This document shows positions 57,358 to 64,000 of a stretch of 64,000 nucleotides of DNA, one piece after another (the first letter of the stretch is position 1; every line of letters begins with the position of its first letter). Below the pieces are notes generated by a model. That model saw only the letters and a program-made list of their open reading frames with translations, was not told where the DNA came from and did not search any database. The stretch is from contig OZ253496.1 of the NCBI GenBank assembly GCA_965262115.1, positions 512,001 through 576,000 on the forward strand, written 5' to 3'. This stretch comes from Nitrospinales bacterium. Its GTDB lineage: Bacteria; Nitrospinota; Nitrospinia; Nitrospinales; VA-1. A program made the translations under genes and the position numbers.

Positions 57358-58845
57358 TTAAGCTGGCAAATCCATTATGGCTTTTTTAACCACGCTTTTA
57401 TAAATCAGGGCACCGTTGCCTTTCTCTGGAACATTACTCGCTGCCAACTCGAGTAATTGCAAAAAATAAGGTTCCAATGCATCGCCAGAAAGTTCTTCAG
57501 CAAGTTGAATGGCTCTTCCTGCGTATAATAAAACCTGTTCCGTTTCAATCCCCGAGACATCATTAAAAAACCACCCGCAGCTGGTATACATAAGCATAGA
57601 ATTGCGCTGCAATTCTAGAAGTTTAAGCACAACAACTTTTTCGGTTTCGTCCAACCCGCGTCGGGATTCCTCTTCCAGAAAAGTATCTCTACCACATTGA
57701 TTCATAAGAATATTGATATAACGATTTCTCGCCTGCCAGGGATCCTTAATTAAAGGCTTGCTGATTTCCGTAAAAATAGTATCCGCGATGCCCTGAAGAC
57801 AATCCAGGGCATGCCTGAGAGGAGCCCTCCAATTTTGCTTCCATTCCGGGTGGCCCCCTGTTTTGCATCCGCAATGGATGCTCCAGCGTGCAATTCCATG
57901 AGAGCAGCTCCACGAAGTTCTTTCATTAATTTTAATCTCTTCTTTTGGAGGAAATTTTTCCAAATACTCCGCAAAATTTGTCAATCGCGCGTCACTATGG
58001 TTATCTATGTACTGCAATGCAAAAGCCAGTGCCATATCGCCAAACTTATGATGATGCCCATAGGTTTCTCCGTCAGTCGCCACACTGAGCAATTGCGGTT
58101 CATCGTTGACATCCATCTGCATTAATTTTTCAGCAAAAGATTTTCCATCCCGCAAAAGATTTTCAAACGCCATGGATTGAGACAAGGAACCGTTATAAAA
58201 GAAAACATTAATACTTCTATTTGCCTGCAACTTTATTCGATAGGGCCGATAAATATCCAACTCACTCTCCTGCCAAGTCTTCCCTTCAGGAGTTAATAGT
58301 TTGCCTGCCTGATGAGGGGCTAAAATTGTAAACTGAATGCCTGAGTCAGCCATTATGTCGAGGGTTTCCAAATCCACCGCCGTTTCCGGCAGCCACATTC
58401 CCTCCGGCAAGCGTTTAAAACGAGATTCAAAATCCCGGATTCCCCAATAAACCTGGGTGTATTTATCACGGGAGTTGGCCAGAGGCATGATCATATGCGA
58501 ATAGCATTGCGCCATCGCCGAACCATGTCCGGAAAACTTTTTCCGGCTGATTTGATCTGCATCCAGGACCGCCTGATATGTATCCGGAGCCTTGCTTTCC
58601 ATCCAGCTTAGTAGTGTGGGACCGAAGTCAAAACTGATTCTGGAATAATTATTAACCGTTTCGGTGACAACACCCTTTTCATCAAGAATTCGGGCCTGGG
58701 CGTTGGGGGCATAACATTCGGTGTGAATACGCTCGTTCCAATCATGAAAGGGGTATGCGGATTCCTGACAGGGAATGGCATCCAGCCATGGATTTTCCCT
58801 GGGCGGCTGGTAAAAATGTCCGTGTATGCAAACAAACCTGGTCAT
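57358..58845 (-). CDS. GH57-family glycoside hydrolase (DUF3536-type)
   Basis: IHGHFYQPPRENPW, GMWLPETAVD, ATDGETYGHH, SWSCSHG, MYTSCGWFF. Confidence 0.9.
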   Translation of the reverse strand: MTRFVCIHGHFYQPPRENPWLDAIPCQESAYPFHDWNERIHTECYAPNAQARILDEKGVVTETVNNYSRISFDFGPTLLSWMESKAPDTYQAVLDADQISRKKFSGHGSAMAQCYSHMIMPLANSRDKYTQVYWGIRDFESRFKRLPEGMWLPETAVDLETLDIMADSGIQFTILAPHQAGKLLTPEGKTWQESELDIYRPYRIKLQANRSINVFFYNGSLSQSMAFENLLRDGKSFAEKLMQMDVNDEPQLLSVATDGETYGHHHKFGDMALAFALQYIDNHSDARLTNFAEYLEKFPPKEEIKINERTSWSCSHGIARWSIHCGCKTGGHPEWKQNWRAPLRHALDCLQGIADTIFTEISKPLIKDPWQARNRYINILMNQCGRDTFLEEESRRGLDETEKVVVLKLLELQRNSMLMYTSCGWFFNDVSGIETEQVLLYAGRAIQLAEELSGDALEPYFLQLLELAASNVPEKGNGALIYKSVVKKAIMDLPA

Positions 58846-58892
58846 GAATTCAAAAATCTATTTTCTATTTTGCGCGGAAGAGCAAACAGTCA

Positions 58893-60830
58893 TCATCGGC
58901 ATTTCAAAAAGATCACAGCAAGGGGAGGCAAAACAAGATTAACCGAATAAGGTTGCCCGTGCCAGGTCATGGAAGAACTTTGAACAGGTTCTGGGTTGCC
59001 AATTCCTCCTCCGCCAAACTCTTCAGCATCACTGTTGAGAACTTCCTCCCAGGCTCCTTCACAAGGAACCCCAACACGGTAATCAAATCTTGGAACCGGA
59101 GTAAAGTTCAAGGCAACGATAATTTTATCATCAGGATCGCTCCCCTTCCGCATTAGAATGAGAGCGCATTGTTGCGAGTCACTGCAGTCGATCCATTCAA
59201 AGCCTTCATGAGAAAACTCATTCTCAAAAAGAGCCGACTCATTGACATAAAGATGATTGAGGCATTTAAGCCAAAGCTGCAGTCCTTTATGGTTGGGGTA
59301 TTCTAAAAGATGCCAGTCAAGACTCTTATCATGATTCCATTCTGCCCACTGGCCGAACTCTCCCCCCATGAAAAGAAGTTTTTTTCCGGGCTGGGCAAAC
59401 ATATGGCCGAATAGCAATCTCAAGTTGGCAAACTTTTGCCAATCATCGCCCGGCATACGGGCAATCAGGGAACCCTTTCCATGAACTACTTCATCATGAG
59501 ACAGAGGCAAAATAAAATTTTCATGGTAGGCATACAACATCCGAAAGGTTAGGTGGTCGTGATGAAATTTCCTGTGGATGGGATCTTTCTTCATATACTC
59601 CAGCGTGTCATGCATCCAGCCCATGTCCCACTTCATTCCGAATCCCAACCCACCCACATAGGTAGGTTTCGAGACCATGGGCCAATCCGTCGACTCCTCT
59701 GCCATGGTCTGGGCATGAGGATGTTTTTCGTACACCTGCTCATTAAATTTTCGCAAAAACCCAATAGCCTCCAGATTTTCCCGGCCACCATGAATATTGG
59801 GAATCCATTCTCCTTGTTTTCTTGAATAATCCAGGTAGAGCATGGATGCCACCGCATCGACCCGCAATCCATCAATGTGAAACACATCCAACCAATAAAG
59901 CGCATTGCTGATAAGAAAGCTGGATATTTCATTGCGGCCATAATTAAAAATATGCGATCCCCAGTCCGGATGAAATCCCTGCCGCTCATCGGCATGTTCA
60001 TAAATATGCGTCCCATCAAACAAACCCAAAGCAAATTTATCGGTAGCAAAATGGGAGGGCACCCAATCCAGTATCACACCAATATTGTTCTGATGGAGGT
60101 GCTCCACAAGATGCATGAATTCCTGTGGGGTTCCATAACGGCTCGTTGGAGCAAAATATCCCGTACACTGGTACCCCCATGACCCATAGAAAGGATGCTC
60201 CATAACAGGAAGGAACTCAACATGGGTGAACTCCATTTTCTTGAGGTATTCCGTTAAGAGTGGAGCCAACTCAAGATAGGTGAGTGGGGAATCATTAGGC
60301 TTACGCCTCCACGACCCAAGATGCATTTCATAAATGGAAACAGGACTATTATGAAAGTCATGTCTTTTGCGTCCCTGGTCCATCCAGTTTTGATCTCTCC
60401 ACGAATAATCCAGATCCCAGACAATGCTTCCAGTCCGGGGAGGCGTTTCGCAAAAGAATGCAAAGGGGTCGGCCTTCTCAACCTGGTATTTATTATGGTG
60501 AGATTGAATATAATATTTATAGATATCGCCTTTATTGACTCCTGGAAAGAATCCTTCCCAGATTCCAGACTCCTGTTTAGGGAGCAAGGGGTGCTGCCCT
60601 TTTTTCCATCCGTTGAAATCACCCACAACATGGACGCATTCCGCATTTGGAGCCCAAACTGAAAAGTAAGTCCCAGACACCCCATTTATCTCAACCCGAT
60701 GGGCCCCCATCTTTTCATAAAGACAAAAATGATTTCCTTCATTAAAAAGATGAAGGTCATCATTCGTCAAAAGGGGAAAGGATGCAGACTTCTCATCTTT
60801 TCTGGGAATTTTAGATACGCTTCGAGTCAT
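58893..60830 (-). CDS. glgB: 1,4-alpha-glucan branching enzyme
   Basis: FSVWAPNA, IYEMHLGSW, LDWVPSHF, RVDAVASMLY, AEEST, LSHDEVVHGK. Confidence 0.97.
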   Translation of the reverse strand: MTRSVSKIPRKDEKSASFPLLTNDDLHLFNEGNHFCLYEKMGAHRVEINGVSGTYFSVWAPNAECVHVVGDFNGWKKGQHPLLPKQESGIWEGFFPGVNKGDIYKYYIQSHHNKYQVEKADPFAFFCETPPRTGSIVWDLDYSWRDQNWMDQGRKRHDFHNSPVSIYEMHLGSWRRKPNDSPLTYLELAPLLTEYLKKMEFTHVEFLPVMEHPFYGSWGYQCTGYFAPTSRYGTPQEFMHLVEHLHQNNIGVILDWVPSHFATDKFALGLFDGTHIYEHADERQGFHPDWGSHIFNYGRNEISSFLISNALYWLDVFHIDGLRVDAVASMLYLDYSRKQGEWIPNIHGGRENLEAIGFLRKFNEQVYEKHPHAQTMAEESTDWPMVSKPTYVGGLGFGMKWDMGWMHDTLEYMKKDPIHRKFHHDHLTFRMLYAYHENFILPLSHDEVVHGKGSLIARMPGDDWQKFANLRLLFGHMFAQPGKKLLFMGGEFGQWAEWNHDKSLDWHLLEYPNHKGLQLWLKCLNHLYVNESALFENEFSHEGFEWIDCSDSQQCALILMRKGSDPDDKIIVALNFTPVPRFDYRVGVPCEGAWEEVLNSDAEEFGGGGIGNPEPVQSSSMTWHGQPYSVNLVLPPLAVIFLKCR

Positions 60831-60915
60831 ATATTCGGTACTATGGGTAATTAAACCTGTCTTTAAAAACGCAGGACTAGCTTGTAATCAATACATCATA
60901 GCATGGCGTCACACC

Positions 60916-61219
60916 ATGAACGATAAAGAAGACCAGCAAAAATTTCTGGATTTCGTCCGCCGTAAGTTGGAAGCAGGCACAAGTGATCTGGATGCCGACA
61001 CACGCGAAAAATTACTGCAAATGCGGCACCGGGCTCTAGAATCCTCTCTGGAAGAAGAAAGCAGTTTCCCCGACTGGGCTACCCTACCCATCATTGCATT
61101 CATTACCGCAAGATCTGGAAATTCTGTTATCTAATGATCCGATTGAATTTTATGAAAACCTGGAGTTGCTCCAAAAATGGAAAGACGAGAATATTACAAG
61201 TGAAAAAGAGAGCCATTAA
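60916..61219 (+). pseudogene. DUF3619-like anti-sigma protein with internal deletion/frameshift near 61109
   Basis: N-terminus LDADTREKLLQMRHRAL, a shortened TM helix, then DLEILLSNDPIEFYENLELL in another frame. Confidence 0.65.
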
Positions 61220-61625
61220 CATAGTTCTTTTTCTGGCCGTGCTGGTATTTTCAGTGGTCCCAAGTAGGGGCCAGGAAAACAGCATCAAATGGGATGACCT
61301 GGGGTCTGGAGAAAAACAGATCCTGGCCCCCCTTCAGAATGAATGGGATGGACTTTCGCCAGCAAAACAAAGCCGGTTGAACAAAGGGGCGAATACGTGG
61401 AACACAATGAGCCCGGAACAACAAAAAACCTTTAAGCAAAAACTTAACACATGGAAACAAAAGACCCCGGACGAAAAACTTCATATCCGTAACCAGATCG
61501 GACGATTCCAAAGTCTGCCAGAGACGGAAAAGCAAGCACTGCGCGATGCCTATGAAGATTTTAAACACTTATCCCCGGAAGAACAGAAATCCCTTTTAAG
61601 CCAGCATCACGAAAAAGAGAGTTAA
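61200..61625 (+). CDS. DUF3106-like exported helical protein
   Basis: Signal peptide from GTG at 61200; repeated W..LSP.Q motifs (WDDLGSGEKQILAPL, WDGLSPAKQ, WNTMSPEQQ). Confidence 0.8.
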   Translation: MKKRAINIVLFLAVLVFSVVPSRGQENSIKWDDLGSGEKQILAPLQNEWDGLSPAKQSRLNKGANTWNTMSPEQQKTFKQKLNTWKQKTPDEKLHIRNQIGRFQSLPETEKQALRDAYEDFKHLSPEEQKSLLSQHHEKES

Positions 61626-61694
61626 ACAAAAAGCCTCCGCCGGTAAATTGCAATAGCTTTAAATTGCTTTCAACCGATTACTCGGCCCAAAGAG

Positions 61695-62339
61695 TCATTG
61701 CTCGTTGCCCCCACGGCTAGTGGCACATCGGAATCCCACATAATGAAATTTATGAATGGGCAAGCTGTATATCCTGTGAGAAGATTTCAGACTTCCCACT
61801 CCATTACGCCATGAGCCTCCCCGAACCACCTTCCCGCTGAGTTCGTGATCACTTAGGGTCCACTCCCAGACATTTCCGGCCATATCATAGAGCCCCCATG
61901 AATTCGGTTCCTTTTGTCCCACAACATGGGTCTGCTTGTCAGCATTGCCCTTATGCCATGCGTAACGGTCCGGCTGGTTTCCTCCCCAATAATAAGGAGA
62001 GGTCGTGCCTGCCCGAAGGGCCCTTTCCCACTCCTGTTCCGTAGGCAAGCGCTTCCCGACCTTGTCACAAAAGGCAACGGCTTGGTTCCAGGTCACCTTT
62101 TCAGCAGGCCGATTCGTCCCTTGAAAATAAGAAGGATTGGTGAGCATGACCTTGGAATATTCCGCCTGTGTCACTTCATATTGATCCATATAAAATCCAT
62201 GCTCTTTTTCACCTGCGCCGTTTGCACAGGATTCATCAGGAGCAACATATACCATGCCAGAAGTATTGACTCCCGGATTTAGAACCAGCCATAAAACCAG
62301 GAAACCCGGCGTTATATGAAAGTTAAAGAATCTGTTCAC
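61695..62339 (-). CDS. Formylglycine-generating enzyme (FGE-sulfatase/SUMF1) domain protein
   Basis: YEVTQ, RLPTEQEWE, PNSWGLYDMAGNVWEW, VVRGGSW, GFRC. Confidence 0.92.
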   Translation of the reverse strand: MNRFFNFHITPGFLVLWLVLNPGVNTSGMVYVAPDESCANGAGEKEHGFYMDQYEVTQAEYSKVMLTNPSYFQGTNRPAEKVTWNQAVAFCDKVGKRLPTEQEWERALRAGTTSPYYWGGNQPDRYAWHKGNADKQTHVVGQKEPNSWGLYDMAGNVWEWTLSDHELSGKVVRGGSWRNGVGSLKSSHRIYSLPIHKFHYVGFRCATSRGGNEQ

Positions 62340-62345
62340 AATAAT

Positions 62346-63101
62346 TTAACGCGGTAAGTTTCTTCTCTCAATCGGGGCATGAACTTCTTTCCCGCAATGG
62401 GGGCATTGCAAGGGTCGCATTTTTTGCTTATGCAGTTCTTCGACAAACCCGTATGCGATGATTCCGACAGGCAGACCAAATGTTCCCAAACCCAGCATGG
62501 AAATGAAGCCCCCAAAAAAAATTTCCAAAGTGGTAATGGGATAAACATCCCCATAACCCACCGTCGTCATGGTGGAGACTGCCCACCACATCACCGCAGG
62601 AATACTCGAAAAAGCTTCTCTTTCAGAAATTCTTCCCCGGACCATCCCTCCTCCCAATTGGCCTTCCACGATTATTCCACCTTCTTTTTCCCCAGGATTG
62701 ATAACCACCCGGCCTGAATCACCGATGGGAATTTGGCCATTTATTCTCGCTTCCAGTTCATTCAATTGAGACCGCAGGCCTTGTTTCACCGTAATTCGTA
62801 AATTTTTGAGTTGGCCATCTATTTTTCCGAGAAGATTTTTAATCTCCCTCAATTTCCGGGGAGAAGCTCGCACAATGAGTTGCTGGCGCATTCCCGTGAC
62901 GGACTCATTTCGCCCCAACAACGGGCGAATGATGGGAATCACCTCCTCCATCATTCTATTTTTAAGGGGAAAGATCTTCAGCTTCTCCTGAGCCATCACC
63001 ACCGGAGCCGTGAGGAAAAAAATTAAAAAAGCGTATTTAAGGGATCTTGAAAACATAATAGGAATTACTGCAATGAAAAAAGAGCTTCCCAGGAATGACA
63101 T
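62346..63101 (-). CDS. Chimeric ORF: secretin-N/NolW-like N-terminus fused to a potassium-channel pore/C-terminus
   Basis: IFPLKNR..EEVIPIIRPLL...QLIVRA...LL.KID (secretin N), then EAFSSIPAVMWWAVSTMTTVGYGDVYP (K+ filter) and CPHCG. Confidence 0.75.
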   Translation of the reverse strand: MSFLGSSFFIAVIPIMFSRSLKYAFLIFFLTAPVVMAQEKLKIFPLKNRMMEEVIPIIRPLLGRNESVTGMRQQLIVRASPRKLREIKNLLGKIDGQLKNLRITVKQGLRSQLNELEARINGQIPIGDSGRVVINPGEKEGGIIVEGQLGGGMVRGRISEREAFSSIPAVMWWAVSTMTTVGYGDVYPITTLEIFFGGFISMLGLGTFGLPVGIIAYGFVEELHKQKMRPLQCPHCGKEVHAPIERRNLPR

Positions 63102-63139
63102 CCGGAAACGCCAAAATTGTATCAGACAGGAAAACCCGA

Positions 63140-63680
63140 TTAAAATCCGCGGGTCTTGATCTTCGGGACAGATTTGATGAAACCCTGAAACCCATTCAGG
63201 CCCTCCGCAACATAAACCTCGAACTCAGTCTCTTCCATATTGCTTTTAGAAACTACTTTGGGCCTGGGCCTTAACTTTCTGCCATATTTCAGAAATTTGG
63301 CAAAGTTTTCACGGCATTCATCCACAAACCGGTTGAAATCATGATCGACGGTCATTCGGGCAGAGTAAAAATGCTTATGGGTTTTCTGCCGCTGACAAAC
63401 AAGCTCAGCACTCTTAAAACGAATTTGGATCGCTTCCTTGCGTTTCAGGTGCTGTTCATAGGAAAGGTGCATTTGCTCATCGCGTAGAAAGTTTATAGGC
63501 AGCGGTGGAAAGAACGAAATACTGCTTTTCTTTATCTGTCGAATCTGTCACATCCGGGTGATATTTCCGGGCCAATTGCCAATAACGTCTTTTAATCTGC
63601 TCTCCGCTGGCATAATTCTCCAGGCCCAGGAGGCAATAAAGGTTGTAGGCTTTTAAAACCGAAGGGTATTTCATGCTCAT
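63140..63680 (-). pseudogene. DnaJ-domain protein split by a 1-bp frameshift near 63489
   Basis: LARKYHPD...AAYKL joins LRDEQMHLSYEQHL in another frame, completing the J-domain helix. Confidence 0.75.
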
Positions 63681-63776
63681 TATTATACAATGTCAAAAGA
63701 CAAGAGGGCCACTAAAACTGCCGAAACCATAATATTAGGTTATTAAAAGTGCCTATAAATATTATAAAATCGGCTT

Positions 63777-64000
63777 ATGATCGAATTGGCCTCAGTCCTA
63801 TTTATACTGCTTTTCTTCGTGTTCCCCCTGTCCGCTTTTGCTGCCAGTTTAGGATTGTTCACCACTTGCAGCCTTTACAAAAAATATGAGTCCTTTAGAA
63901 CCCAGTCCGCCGAAGGCAAGAAAAGCATGATTCCGGGCACGGTATTATTCCTGATAAATTTTATCTGCAGTATTTTTCTGGGAGCCGCCCGGGCGTTCGC
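63777..64000 (+). CDS. Hypothetical membrane protein, partial (runs off the window edge)
   Basis: MIELASVLFILLFFVFPLSAFAASLG... stays open to the window end. Confidence 0.55.
   Translation, partial: MIELASVLFILLFFVFPLSAFAASLGLFTTCSLYKKYESFRTQSAEGKKSMIPGTVLFLINFICSIFLGAARAF

Noticed and set aside
34245..63026. Numerous 60-240 aa antisense or alternate-frame ORFs inside dnaK, dnaJ, gltB, leuA, glgP and glgB
   Set aside because: Fully nested in well-supported genes and have no motifs; these are typical codon-bias shadows.

Overview
A 64 kb bacterial chromosomal window. Gene content (a delta subunit of the five-subunit pyruvate:ferredoxin oxidoreductase used in the rTCA cycle, a DabA-type inorganic-carbon pump, pentapeptide proteins, LptD) suggests a chemolithoautotroph, plausibly Nitrospinota; this is inference only. 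The core genes are panE (partial), hspQ, folC-lptD-pyrE, dnaK-grpE-dnaJ, degP, gltB-gltD, leuA, cmoA, an ABC-F ATPase, glgP/malQ/GH57/glgB, tRNA-Arg(CCT) and tRNA-Pro(CGG). Three systems stand out. (1) At 21.9-32.8 kb, dabA is in one operon with an Mbh/Mrp-type cation module and three antiporter-like subunits (MrpD, NuoL/DabB, NuoM) but no redox subunits. (2) At 8.9-15.7 kb, an uncharacterised exported operon encodes a beta-barrel, a 1016-aa monoheme protein, an unannotated 56-aa Cys/Trp peptide, a cupredoxin-like protein and a TPR protein. It lies downstream of 19.5 identical 24-bp repeats that each carry GTA-N8-TAC, and its first gene has a C9T7 tract. (3) At the gltD 3' end, a roughly 350-bp insertion sits between gltD and a synonymously recoded duplicate of its last 10 codons; it encodes a 34-aa basic peptide inside long-range complementary arms. 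Also present are a decayed restriction-modification island beside tRNA-Arg, a MITE, a candidate structured RNA, several deletion or frameshift pseudogenes, and two genes that appear to start at ATA or ATC. All calls come from reading the sequence and motifs; no database searches were run.
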